From an uncultured delta proteobacterium (GTDB taxonomy: Bacteria; Desulfobacterota; Desulfomonilia; Desulfomonilales; Desulfomonilaceae): DNA of 64,000 bases. This document shows, one piece after another, positions 31,481 through 42,390 of this stretch. Both the position numbers and the translations under genes were made by a program. Below the pieces are notes generated by a model. It saw only the letters and a list, made by a program, of their open reading frames with translations. It was not told where the DNA came from and did not search any database. Within the stretch, counting starts at the first letter, position 1. Each line of letters opens with the position of its first letter. The DNA lies in the NCBI GenBank assembly GCA_963789265.1, contig CAWBKB010000003.1:1088001-1152000 (forward strand), in the 5' to 3' direction.

Positions 31481-31557
31481 GAAGATTGCTTCGTCGTTTC
31501 ACTCCTCGCAATGACATTTCCAACACCTGTCATTGCGAGCGCAGCGAAGCAATCTTC
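31481..31557. repeat. REP-like palindrome; inverted copy of 28202-28274
   Basis: Both arms are exact reverse complements of the 28202 arms; 11-nt spacer differs. Confidence 0.85.
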
Positions 31558-31653
31558 TTCTGGACCGGGTTCTTATAGCGTCTGCCAAACGTAAAGTCCG
31601 TTTGGCCGCCCGATGCCAAGAATGCTGAACATACTCCGCTGTGGACGTTTAGC

Positions 31654-31782
31654 CGTCATTCTCGCGTACGCCGGAATTCACTGTAGGGGCATCCCTGGTG
31701 GGTGCCCGGAAGAGGGCAGACACAAGATCTGCCCCTACAGACCTCGGATCGGAGTCCGGGGCGTCCCCGCGGGACGCGGGGC
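31654..31782. repeat. Mosaic of REP-like palindromes
   Basis: CTGTAGGGGCA...TGCCCCTACAG (31681-31740) flanked by GTCATTCTCGCGTACGCCGGAAT and CCCGCGGGACGCGGG (the latter also at ~274). Confidence 0.6.
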
Positions 31783-31956
31783 AAATCGGTCAAACCTTTT
31801 GGCAAAGCCTATAACAAAACCGTATTTGCGAAAAGGAGTACTAAGTGCTGTGCGACCCGTGCTGATGCTGTCCTCGCCGGCTGAACCCATTGAATTAGAC
31901 CGGCTTGTGCCTTATCTTTAGTGAGTAAGAATGCTGAAATGCAATGGGGGCAATCG

Positions 31957-32157
31957 ATGAAAACTACCGTTAAAGTCACAGGAATGGCGTGCAATCACTG
32001 CGTCATGGCCGTAAGCAAGGCACTAAATCAAATTGACGGCGTGAGTGACGTACAAGTGGACCTCGATAAAGGCGAAGCGACCCTGGAACACGGAACAGCC
32101 GTGGAGATGTCTCAAATCAAGCAACAGGTCGAGAAGGCAGGTTATAAACTTGGCTAA
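31957..32157 (+). CDS. copZ: Copper chaperone (HMA domain)
   Basis: [13 protein letters not shown]. Confidence 0.92.
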   Translation: MKTTVKVTGMACNHCVMAVSKALNQIDGVSDVQVDLDKGEATLEHGTAVEMSQIKQQVEKAGYKLG

Positions 32158-34616
32158 GGAAACCATTCAGATTCAGGGCATGAGCTGCGCGGCCTGCGTG
32201 CGCCGAGTCGAGCAGGGTTTGAGCACTCTCGCGGGCGTTGATGGCGCTTCGGTCAATTTTGCCACCGAACGGGCTTCTGTCGATTATGACCCTGATGCTG
32301 TCAGTCCCGCGGCCATGAAAGCAAAGATTCGAGAACTCGGTTACGAAGTGGTCGAGTCTCAACCCAAGTCTGGCGATAAGCTTCAGAAGACAACTGTCTC
32401 TATTGGCGGTATGAGCTGCGCATCTTGTGTTCGGCGAGTGGAAGGCGCACTCAAGGCTTTGCCCGGAGTCAAAGACGCCTCCGCTAATTTGGCCACTTCC
32501 AAAGCGACCTTGATCCATACCGCGGATCTCTTGAATCTAACTGAAGTGAAGAAAGTGTTAGACGACGCGGGCTATGAATTTCTCGGTCTCGTCGGTGAGG
32601 CGGAAGCCGATCCCATGGAGGCTGCCCGCCGTAAGGACTTGGCCGACCTGAAATTAAAGCTCGTTGTGGGTGCGGTCTCGAGCGTCCTTATCCACGTGGG
32701 GTCCTCTCCTCATTTCTTTTCGTTCCTTCAGATAGTCCCTCATCATTTGATGCTCTTGATCCTTTTTGTCATGACCACCCCTGTAGTTTTCTGGGTGGGG
32801 AGCCGGTTCTTCGTTGGCGCTTACAAGGCCGCCCTGCAGCGAACAACCGACATGAACACTCTGGTGGCTGTGGGCGCGTTTTCGGCATACCTTTACTCTT
32901 CTCTTGTGACGTTTTTTCCCAAGTTTTTCGAGGCCGCGGGTGTTACACCCCATGTCTACTTTGACGGTGCCGCGATGATCATAACGCTCATTCTCCTTGG
33001 AAGACTCCTTGAAGCAAGGGCCAAAGGCAAGACATCCGAGGCAATGAAAAGACTGATCGGGCTGAAACCCAAGACTGCGCGGCTTATCAAGGACGGCCAA
33101 GAAATTGACGTTCCGATCGACCTTGTCACAACCAGTGACGTGATACTTGTGAGACCCGGCGAGAAGATCCCCACGGACGGCATCGTGCTCTCGGGCATAT
33201 CCGCTGTTGACGAGTCCATGTTGACCGGTGAAAGCATCCCGGTAGGCAAGGAAGTCGGCAACGAGGTTTTTGGAGCCACAATAAACAAGAGCGGAAGCTT
33301 CACATTCCGGGCCACCAAAGTAGGAGCGGACACGGCACTCGCCCAGATTATCCGACTGGTGGAAGAAGCCCAGGGCTCAAAGGCTCCCATACAACGAATT
33401 GCCGACAGAGTGGCTTCTATTTTCGTGCCGGTGGTTTTCGGCATCGCGACCTTGACCTTCGTGGTGTGGTATTTTCTCGTGCCCGAACCACTTTTCAGCC
33501 GAGCCTTGTTGAATTTCGTCTCGGTGTTGATCATCTCGTGTCCGTGCGCAATGGGATTGGCGACGCCGACCGCGATAATGGTGGGCACAGGATTGGGGGC
33601 CGAGAAGGGCATCTTGATAAAGGGCGGAGAGAGTCTCGAAAAGGCTTACAAGCTAACCGCGGTGGTGTTTGACAAGACCGGGACACTGACAAAGGGTGAG
33701 CCCGCTGTTACAGAGATTCTGCCCGCGGACGGAGTGCTGCCGGAGGAGCTGTTGAAGATTGCTTTTTCCATTGAGGCGGTGTCCGAGCACCCCTTGGCAC
33801 AGGCCATTATTGAAAAAGGCCGCTCTCAAGGATTGGAGCCCCTGCCCCTGAAGGACTTCGAAGCTTTGTCAGGACTTGGAGTAAAAGGGATTGTCGAAGA
33901 GAAAAAAGTTTCTGCTGGGAAACTTGCGGCTGATGGAGCAGCAAGGAATGCACATGAACGGCTTGGACGCCCAAGCGGCCCAATTGCTCCAAGAAGGAAA
34001 GACCTCTGTTTTCGTTGCCCAACAGGGGCAGGTCATGGGCCTCATCGGCCTATCCGACACCCCCCGGGAATCTGCCCGTGAAACGGTAAATGCCCTAAAG
34101 AATATGGGCCTCAAAGTTATGATGATAACCGGGGATAATCGCGAAACAGCGCGAGCCGTCGCGGAGGCGGTGGGCATACAAGAAGTGTTGGCGGAAGTGT
34201 TGCCCGGCGATAAGGCTGCCGAGATAACCAGGCTTCAACAGAACGGACAAGTCGTTGCAATGGTAGGTGACGGCATAAATGACGCGCCGGCTTTGACGGC
34301 CGCGGATATTGGGATTGCGCTCGGCGCCGGGACTGACGTGGCGATGGAAGCCGGGGACATCACCCTGATCAAGAATGATTTACGGCTCGTCCCTTCTGCA
34401 ATAAAGCTTTCGTTCAAGACTATGAAGGTTATCAAGCAGAATCTGTTTTGGGCCTTTTTCTACAATTCGCTGGGAATTCCGATTGCCGCGGGGGTTCTGT
34501 ATCCATTCTTCGGGATTCTATTAAACCCGGTATTTGCGGCCGCGGCCATGGCATTCAGCTCGGTGTCCGTCGTAAGTAATTCGCTTCGCTTAAGGTGGTC
34601 CGGAGCGGCAGACTGA
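32150..34616 (+). CDS. copA: Cu(I)-translocating P1B-type ATPase (apparent +1 frameshift at ~33910)
   Basis: Two GMSCAxC HMA domains, [26 protein letters not shown]...MAFSS. Confidence 0.94.
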
Positions 34617-34727
34617 GGGCGCATCTCCTTTCAACGAAAAGCCGTCAACTCCGGCACGGATCCGACAAAGTCTTCCGCGGAACGCGGGATGGCACCCGCA
34701 ACCTGATGCGACCGAATGCCCGGTGCA

Positions 34728-34766
34728 ACTGACCTGAGTGCCGTCTTAACGGGCACTCAGGTCAGT
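34728..34766. terminator. Hairpin between convergent copA and dsrK-like genes
   Basis: ACTGACCTGAGTGCC-N9-GGCACTCAGGTCAGT, perfect 15-bp stem. Confidence 0.65.
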
Positions 34767-34807
34767 GCTGTCTTCCCGTCAACCGATTCTCACTCTTTAA
34801 TAGCGGA

Positions 34808-36420
34808 CTATTCGTCGTCTTCGTCATCCGGCCATTCAATGAAAGGCTTTTCCTGATCGACCATAGCATTGACCATGAGTTCCACCAGGCCGGTGTACCA
34901 AATGCCCGTCTTCTCAAAGACCTCGTAATGTTCGAAAAGACTTCGGGTTTGGCCCTTGCAGTTGGAGCACGGTGCGCACACCATCTTGCGAATGGACGGA
35001 TCCATCTCCCCTTGGAAGGCGTTCAGGTATTGGGTCAGTTTTTTCCTTCCCGACACCAGCCGCCTCCAATCCGGAAAATTCCCCGACTCAATGATGGCGA
35101 ATCCGGACCCACCTCCGCAACAGTAGTTTTCGACTCCATGCGGGGTCATTTCTCGGAACCGCCCCGGGGGAAAGATGGCGTTCAGAATATTCCTCTGAGG
35201 TTGAACTATTCCCATAATGCGCACGACATTGCACGGATCGTGAAGTGTGACGGGAAAGTCGTTCTTATTCGGGTCAAACTTTATTTTGCCGGTCTTTACT
35301 ATGTCCCATAGCAAAGGGAACGAACTTTCCCTCGGGACGAGCTGCTCGCCCGGGAGGAGTCGGTCCGCGATAACAGTGAGGGCCTTGTGAGCGTGCCCGC
35401 ACTCGCCGATGACTATCTTTCTCACTCCAAGATTTCGTGCCACTTCGAGGTGCTTCAAAGCTACTCTGGCAAATTGGACGTCATCGTAAAAGAGCCCGTA
35501 GTTCACGGCATCGTATCCAAGCAGTTCCGTGGAAAGTGTATAGTCGATCCCGGCGGCATCGAAGAGGATGGCGAAGGACATAGGATTTTCTGGCCATGCC
35601 ATAAATTCGCCTGCATTGTGCAAGAGTAGGTACGTCGGCACCTTTCTTGTTAAGAGGGATTTTGATCTTCTTCCCCGTCTTTTCTTCGATGTCGTCTTCG
35701 AGATACTCAATGATGTCTTCAACAGCCGCCTTGATCATGCCCGTGCTGGAACCGAATTTCAGGTGTTTTACCGAACCCTTTTCGTGAAGCTCCGCGGGTG
35801 CGATTCCCAGTTCCTGGCTAAAGATCTTCCTCAACTCATGCGTGATCAGCATGTTGTCTACCCCTACGGGGCACACCTGAGTGCATCGGCGGCACATCGA
35901 GCACCGATAGGCCAATTCGGCAAGTCGAGCGACGGTTTCCCAGTTGAGATCAATGTCATGCCCTCGGAAGCCCGCAAGGAGCCTTCCTCCTGTCGAGAGA
36001 TATTTTTTGGCGATTTTCCGTAGCACGTCTGCACGAAAGGTCGGCCGGTACATGTCTTGTCGGCCGCTCATCTCATATACTTGGCAAGCTTCGGAACAGG
36101 TTCTGGCACTTGGCGCAATATTCCAGGGAGAGCGTGAGAGGCTGAAGGAACGCCCAGTTATTCTCTTTGGTCAGCAGTTTTCGAAAGCCTTCGAGGAACG
36201 CTTCCACGAGCTTTTGCTCTTCTTCCGGAGTCTCCGGCTTGGGTAGATTCAAGGCACTGACTCCGTCAAGAGAATGCTCCCAGCGTTGCTTCTGGTCTTC
36301 AGTAAGCTCCGTAATGGGTTTTTCCACATAATTCTCGTACGGAGGCGGTAGCGGGGGAAGATCCTCAATCTTAACTTCTCCCAACTGTTCGGTCTCTTTC
36401 GATATATCCTCAGGTTTCAT
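34808..36420 (-). CDS. DsrK/HdrD-like Fe-S, CCG-domain oxidoreductase (apparent frameshifts at ~36100 and ~35630)
   Basis: Joined frames give CAKCQxCSEAC, CSMCRRCTQVCP, GECGH, HDPC, CCGGGSG, CAPCSNC. Confidence 0.82.
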
Positions 36421-36431
36421 CTGACGTCCTC

Positions 36432-37364
36432 TCATTTCTGATCTTCATCCTTTTGCCAAGGATTCGAAGTGGCCACATCGGCCCAGGTTTTCTTTCCGCC
36501 TTCAGCCCCTATGTGAGGAGCAGCCCATGTTACGGGATACGCGAGATATTTCTTAATCTTTGAATCCATGCCCGGTTGGCCGATATTCGGTCTGTCATCC
36601 CACTTGACCTTGTCCCACATGAAATACTTGGAAACCATGTGAGTCATGTGAGTGAAAGGAAAATACGCCCAAAAACCTATGAAGAGGAGCAGGTTAAGAA
36701 TGTGAATACCGCTCATCGCACCAGTCATAGGCTTAAATGTGATCAAGCTTACCAGGTACTCACGCGAAACTACGAAGCCGGGATCGCTTATCCATACCAG
36801 GAAGCCTGTAACAAAGATTGCACCCAGCCAAACAAGATTCATATAGTCGATGCCCGCCGTAAAATCGGTCATGTTAGGGTCGGTCATTCGTTTCATAATC
36901 AATCCGATCGCGCCGATTGTGCCGAGCACAAATCCTATGATCGCGAGAACGGTCGTCAGGGCCTGCACAAAGCCCGCCAGAGCAGACGGACCGGGAACCA
37001 GGTGGGCAATCTGGAGAAACGCTCCTATGACAAGGAAAACCAAACCTCCAATGCTCAGATACAGCCCCATGTGAAACGGAAAAGACCAATACCAAAGGGG
37101 GCGGTTATCCTCATAAAGGGCCCGGATAAAGAGGATTTCGGGAACCATGAATTTGTACTGCTCAATATGGTGTTTGTGCCGTTCCTTTGTCCAATGATCG
37201 ATCTCTTCGTAAAAGGAGCCACCGTAGGCTTTAGCCTCGTGGGGAACAGGGTATAGTTCCCAGCGAACATGCATGGGCATTGTGGCATACTTGATTAATT
37301 TGACGGCAAACGCCACGACAAATACCATGCCGCTCGCGTACGTCAACAGTTTAAGAACGACCAT
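36432..37364 (-). CDS. DsrM/NarI-like membrane b-type cytochrome
   Basis: RWELYPVPHE, FPFHMGLY, YFPFTHMTHM; multiple TM helices; upstream of the DsrK-like gene. Confidence 0.82.
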   Translation of the reverse strand: MVVLKLLTYASGMVFVVAFAVKLIKYATMPMHVRWELYPVPHEAKAYGGSFYEEIDHWTKERHKHHIEQYKFMVPEILFIRALYEDNRPLWYWSFPFHMGLYLSIGGLVFLVIGAFLQIAHLVPGPSALAGFVQALTTVLAIIGFVLGTIGAIGLIMKRMTDPNMTDFTAGIDYMNLVWLGAIFVTGFLVWISDPGFVVSREYLVSLITFKPMTGAMSGIHILNLLLFIGFWAYFPFTHMTHMVSKYFMWDKVKWDDRPNIGQPGMDSKIKKYLAYPVTWAAPHIGAEGGKKTWADVATSNPWQKDEDQK

Positions 37365-37478
37365 CTCGCTGCTCCTTTCAGGATTTTCTTGTTTATGAGT
37401 AATCGAGCGATGGGGAGAAATACCATCTATCTTTTACCATGTTCGCAAAAATTTTTCTAGAGTTTTCCTACCGTTGTT

Positions 37479-37600
37479 GTAACCATTGAGTCTTGTGGGG
37501 CAGGCTTTCCAGCCTGCCGGGGAAACCTCGGTTCAGTGGCGGGCTAGAAAGCCCACCGCGCGAAGCCATCCGCTACTTCCGGCTGTAACTCAATGCTTAC
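37479..37600. mobile_element. MITE with IS66-like ends and a perfect 8-bp target duplication
   Basis: CCGTTGTT|GTAACCATTGAG...GTAACTCAATGCTTAC|CCGTTGTT. Confidence 0.88.
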
Positions 37601-37911
37601 CCGTTGTTGTCTGCTTTTCTAGCCGGTGAGACAAATTCTTGCCTGTTCTTAAAGTGTGTATATTTGCCGGCCGTCAAGCACAAAGAGGCAGACCCGTCAG
37701 GACCGCTTTCCTAAAGGAGCCGGGCGGCTTCAAGCGAACGAGAAATTTTGTCGAGCGCTTCAAATGTGGAGAGTCGTCCCGCGGAGAGGTATAAGCAGCA
37801 AAGAGAGGAATAGGAATCGGGCTGGAATCAAAGAATTTCTCCTAAGGTCAGCTATCTCACACGGGCAAATACGGCTGGACTAATCACGAGCAATTGAAAT
37901 CCATGATGATT

Positions 37912-39135
37912 TCAATACTCGCCCGCTTGCTGATCGTTCCTTTCTCTTTCCCACTCTGAGTAATCGTACGCATCCGAGGCTGCTGCCTCCTCAGTTATTT
38001 CAGGAAGTAGCTCGTCAGCGAAATCCGCTCGGAAGAACGCATTGACCCACTCTTGCCCCCACGGGTCGTCTTCAAGAAAGTAGCGAAGTTCTTCAACTCC
38101 CTTTAGATTGTGAAATTCGACCCATCCGTCCCGGTCGTTCATGAGAGTGAGTTCCTCGGGCTTGTCGTCGGACCAGTCAATGAAATAAGGCGAATGGGAA
38201 CTCATCAGCACTTGTTTTGCGGGATTTGCCGTGGCAAATCTGTGCATGAGCCCGTAAAGGACTCTGAGCCTGTTCGGATTGAGATACGTTTCCGGCTCCT
38301 CGATAAAGAAGATGCGAGGCTGATCGGGCAGATTGAACAGAGTGCAAAGGGCCAAGAATACGAGGAAGCCGTCCGACAATTGCGGTCCGACGAAATAGCC
38401 GGATTTGCTATCCTCTTCCACGCCTATCCCCACTTGATGCGGATCTCCCAGGTGGGGAGTGAAAATTCGACAAATTCCTGGAACGCTGCGCTTCACTTCC
38501 TGGACAATCTTTTGGAAGTTTACAGGATGATTCCTCTCAAGGTGGTGTATCACCGCGGCCAGATTTTCACCTGTGTGGTCCAGAAGATAGGAATCCTGTA
38601 CTGCCGACGGCTTCTTGATCAGATCGGGAATGAAGCGGTACCGTTTTATTTTTGATAGATACTGCGCAACGGAGCGAATCCTCTTTTCCGCCTCGTTCCA
38701 TGCATGGCCTTTCCTCATCTGGGCCATTTTGGACTCTCTGGCTTTCACATCTGAAATGGTGAATAGGATCTCTCCCTGTACTTCCTGAAGAGTTTCTTCC
38801 TTGATGAGGTATTCGTTCCGACGGATTTCCGTGAAGATGAGCGTGTAAGTATAATTTACACCCTCCACTTCCAAGGTCACTTCGAAGTGAAGATCCAGGT
38901 CCTGCGGATTCGAATCGCCTTTTTCCCGCCGGCTCAGAGTCTGACGGAATGTAAAGGGCCCCGGACCGAACGCGCTGCTGAAGGGCCCGGAAGACAAAAA
39001 GCTCATCATCAGGAGGAAATTGCCAAGATTAGATTTTCCGGTCCCGTTAGGCCCGATGAAAATATTCAACGGCCTGACTTCAAATTCAGCATCCCGGAAA
39101 TTCTTGAAATTCTTGATGCGGATGCTCTTGATCAT
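37912..39135 (-). CDS. ABC-type ATPase (AAA_21/AbiEii/OLD-like)
   Basis: IKNFKNF, GPNGTGKSN, QLSDG, IEEPE, SSHSP; acidic C-terminal tail. Confidence 0.85.
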   Translation of the reverse strand: MIKSIRIKNFKNFRDAEFEVRPLNIFIGPNGTGKSNLGNFLLMMSFLSSGPFSSAFGPGPFTFRQTLSRREKGDSNPQDLDLHFEVTLEVEGVNYTYTLIFTEIRRNEYLIKEETLQEVQGEILFTISDVKARESKMAQMRKGHAWNEAEKRIRSVAQYLSKIKRYRFIPDLIKKPSAVQDSYLLDHTGENLAAVIHHLERNHPVNFQKIVQEVKRSVPGICRIFTPHLGDPHQVGIGVEEDSKSGYFVGPQLSDGFLVFLALCTLFNLPDQPRIFFIEEPETYLNPNRLRVLYGLMHRFATANPAKQVLMSSHSPYFIDWSDDKPEELTLMNDRDGWVEFHNLKGVEELRYFLEDDPWGQEWVNAFFRADFADELLPEITEEAAASDAYDYSEWERERNDQQAGEY

Positions 39136-39612
39136 GTCCCCCACTCTCCCTTCTTAATAATATCCTTGCCGTACACGAGCCCCTTGAATTCTTTCATGGG
39201 AAGGAACGCGTGGTGCGCAAAGCGGCCTCGTTGGTACGGCATGCTAGTACCGAGGAGAGGTCCCCTCACGGCCTGCGCCCGCCGAAGATAACAGCACCGT
39301 TCAATCATTTGATCACTTTTCGGCCGGCCTAAATTTCTGAACCTTGGTTTCAGCGGCTGAAACTGCCTCCCGGCTATTTTTGATTCTTTGTCTGAGATTA
39401 ATGCACTTTCAAAATCTCCCTACGCTCTCTTTATTAAAGGGGAAGGGGTATTTATATTATTTGTTTGAAAGAGCATCGGTATTACAACCGCTTGTGCACA
39501 ATCGGCCCCGGCACGCCTACGGCCCTTAACAAGCGCGTCGTGGATTGACGAAAAACTACCATTAGGCACAGCTCATCCTGGGCCGCGCGTCTGCATCATC
39601 TCAGAGAGAGAT

Positions 39613-40620
39613 CTACTTCTCGTCCAGCGGTGATGAAATCCAGCTCATCATTGACCGAAGACGCTCTCCCACTACCTCAATGGGGTGCGCATCTCCCAGT
39701 CGTTTCAGGGCCTTGAATCTGGGACGCCCCGCCAAATTTTCCAATATCCACTCGCGGGCAAATTCCCCTGAGCGGATCTCGGATAAAATTTCTTTCATCT
39801 CTGATCTGGTGCGATCATCAACGATGCGCGGTCCTCGTGTCATATCTCCATATTCGGCAGTATTGCTGACAGAGTACCGCATGCGCCCGATACCGCCTTC
39901 GTAGATGAGGTCCACTATGAGTTTTAGTTCATGAAGACACTCAAAGTAGGCGATTTCGGGCTGATATCCGGCCTCCACTAACGTCTCGAAACCGGCCTGA
40001 ACCAAGGCCGTTACTCCACCGCACAGGACTGCTTGCTCTCCGAAAAGGTCCGTCTCGGTCTCTTCTGCAAAAGTGGTTTCGATCACGCCCGCTCTGGTCG
40101 CGCCCAAGGCTCGCGCGTAAGCCATTCCGATGTTCCTGCACTCCCCTCCGGCATCCTGATGGATAGCAAGCAAAGCGGGCACCCCGAATCCAGTCTTGTA
40201 CATACGGCGTACCAGGTGTCCGGGCCCTTTTGGCGCCACCATGAAGACATCTGTGTCCGTGGGAGGGTCGATCTGCCCGAAATGGATATTGAATCCGTGC
40301 GCGAAGGCCAAGGCCTTGCCTCTAGCCAGGGCGGGTTCAATTTTTTCTCTGTAAAGGGCAGCTTGCAGCTCATCGGGGACCAGAATCATTATCACGTCGG
40401 CAACGTCGGCTGCCTGATTCACCTCCAGCACTTCCAGTCCGTCCTGGCCCACCTTGTCCCAGCGGCGACTTTGGCGATGGAGTCCCACGACTACCTTAAC
40501 GCCTGAATCGTTAAGATTCAAAGCATGAGCATGCCCCTGGCTGCCGTAGCCTATAATGGCCACAGTTTTTCCGGCCAGGGCCGCTGGATCTGCGTCCCGG
40601 TCATAGAATATTGTTGCCAA
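39613..40620 (-). CDS. ilvC: Ketol-acid reductoisomerase
   Basis: [36 protein letters not shown]. Confidence 0.97.
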   Translation of the reverse strand: MATIFYDRDADPAALAGKTVAIIGYGSQGHAHALNLNDSGVKVVVGLHRQSRRWDKVGQDGLEVLEVNQAADVADVIMILVPDELQAALYREKIEPALARGKALAFAHGFNIHFGQIDPPTDTDVFMVAPKGPGHLVRRMYKTGFGVPALLAIHQDAGGECRNIGMAYARALGATRAGVIETTFAEETETDLFGEQAVLCGGVTALVQAGFETLVEAGYQPEIAYFECLHELKLIVDLIYEGGIGRMRYSVSNTAEYGDMTRGPRIVDDRTRSEMKEILSEIRSGEFAREWILENLAGRPRFKALKRLGDAHPIEVVGERLRSMMSWISSPLDEK

Positions 40621-40793
40621 ATTTACTCCTCAAAAGCTGAGATTGAGTCCACTTCATAATTTGCGACCGGATTGTATCAAAAACGTGGATCATCTTCAAG
40701 AAATGCCTATCAATTTTTTAACTCTTCTCCCCTCGATGCGCGAGGATAGTAGATTTTGAAGCGTTTCCAGCGTAAACAAAGGCTGTTTTTGTT

Positions 40794-41816
40794 TTATTTG
40801 GCTGCACCCACTTCCACTTGGACCCCGGAAGAGCGTCTCAATTTCTCTTCCTTGAAAACATGCTTCGGAGTCTCCAAAAGGACCGTGTTATCCGGGGGGA
40901 CTGAAGAGGTAAGCCACACGTTGCCGCCTATAACGCACCGCGCCCCAATGACTGTTTCTCCTCCAAGGATAGTTGCTTGGGCGTATATTGTGACATCGTC
41001 TTCAATGGTCGGGTGCCGTTTTCTGCCTCTCAAGTAGTTGCCGCCTTCCGATCCTCGCGGCACAGATAGAGCCCCGAGGGTCACTCCCTGGTAGATGCGA
41101 ACGCGGTCTCCAATATCTGTAGTTTCGCCAATGACTACACCGGTTCCGTGGTCGATAAAAAAATCCGAACCTATTTTGGCTCCAGGGTGAATGTCTATAC
41201 CCGTGCGTGAATGCGCGTGCTCCGTCATGATGCGCGGCATTAGAGGTATGTCGCGAATAAAAAGCTCATGAGCCACCCTGTAAACAAAGATCGCAAATAG
41301 ACCCGGATAGCAAAACACAATCTCGTCCAAGCTCTTGGACGCAGGATCGCCATCGTAGTGAGCTCGAACATCCCGAGCTAGTTTGCATCGCAACTCCGGC
41401 ACCTTTTCCAGGAATGTCACGGCCTCTTCCCGCCCTTTTCGTATGCATTGAACACAGAGACTCTCCATACGCCGGCACTCGTGGCGTATACTCCGGGAGA
41501 TCTGAGCCGCAAGCAGATCGTGAAGAACCATCAATTCGCTCCCGAGATGATATTCGAGAGTAGAATGTGTCAACTCCTGCCGCCCGAAAAAGCCAGGGAA
41601 TAGAACATCCTGGAGCATATCCAGGCTGCGGATAATTTCAGCTTTGGAGGGGATCAAAGCGGCCCCCACGTGATCTACGGTTCTCTCATCTGCACACGAC
41701 TGTACCGTAGCTGCGATCGCGGCGTTCAAGCGATCTTCCTGCAAAGGAATGAGAATATCTTCTTCGAATTCACAGAAACTCTGCCCCCTTAACGCCGTGT
41801 CCACCCGATCTGTCAT
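40794..41816 (-). CDS. cysE: Serine O-acetyltransferase (EpsC-type)
   Basis: GDPA, YPG, GIDIHPGA, FIDHGTGVVIGET, KRHPT. Confidence 0.92.
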   Translation of the reverse strand: MTDRVDTALRGQSFCEFEEDILIPLQEDRLNAAIAATVQSCADERTVDHVGAALIPSKAEIIRSLDMLQDVLFPGFFGRQELTHSTLEYHLGSELMVLHDLLAAQISRSIRHECRRMESLCVQCIRKGREEAVTFLEKVPELRCKLARDVRAHYDGDPASKSLDEIVFCYPGLFAIFVYRVAHELFIRDIPLMPRIMTEHAHSRTGIDIHPGAKIGSDFFIDHGTGVVIGETTDIGDRVRIYQGVTLGALSVPRGSEGGNYLRGRKRHPTIEDDVTIYAQATILGGETVIGARCVIGGNVWLTSSVPPDNTVLLETPKHVFKEEKLRRSSGVQVEVGAAK

Positions 41817-41958
41817 CGTCGGCCTCGCCCGTTGTAATACTGTTCCGCCGCGCCTTCCGGCGCGTCGAACGTCAACATCTTCTACATATAATAACACGTA
41901 ATGGTGTTAGAAGCTTGGCCATTAATTGCCCGAGCCGTGTTGCGAACTGCCGTGGACT

Positions 41959-42250
41959 TCACTTCCCGGGAGGTTCTTTGACAGCATAGGCGGGGGGACT
42001 GATGGATTCGGACCGGCAAACAGGGCAGCGACTCGGGGTGGTGAAGCGTTGGCGTTTTTTGAAAACAAACCCGCAGTTGAGGCAGCGCGCAGCTCGGCAG
42101 ATCAGGGCTGATCGCTTGCGCAGGGACCGTTCTATGTGGGGGAGGTGTTCGGTACACCTCTTTTTCGCGGATTCCCAGCAGACGGGAAACGTCCCTTGCC
42201 GTCAACTCGCTTTCTCGAAGCATTTGCAATAATCTCTGACGTATGGTCAG
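41959..42250 (-). CDS. HTH + Zn-ribbon transcriptional regulator (apparent frameshift at ~42151; probable CTG start)
   Basis: TIRQRLLQML..LTARDVSRLLGIREKEVY-EHLPHIERS...CLNCGFVF...PSRCPVC; AGGAGG 6 nt before CTG. Confidence 0.75.
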
Positions 42251-42390
42251 GGAATTCCTCCTTGCACCGCGTCGGGGGTAAACCTTTCGTTCTTGACAAC
42301 TTGTGGCATTTTCGTAGAGGATAACTTCTCCGGCATAATCACGGCAACGATTTTCCCTCACAGCCAATAAACCGTTTCACGGAGGAACTT

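Noticed and set aside
32045..32157. CopZ produced by programmed frameshifting of copA, as in E. coli
   Set aside because: copZ is a separate upstream ORF; copA plausibly starts at TTG 32150 with a short overlap.
39132..39308. ~58-codon ORF overlapping the ATPase start (ATGA) as its missing partner
   Set aside because: No RBS or recognisable motif; insufficient support.
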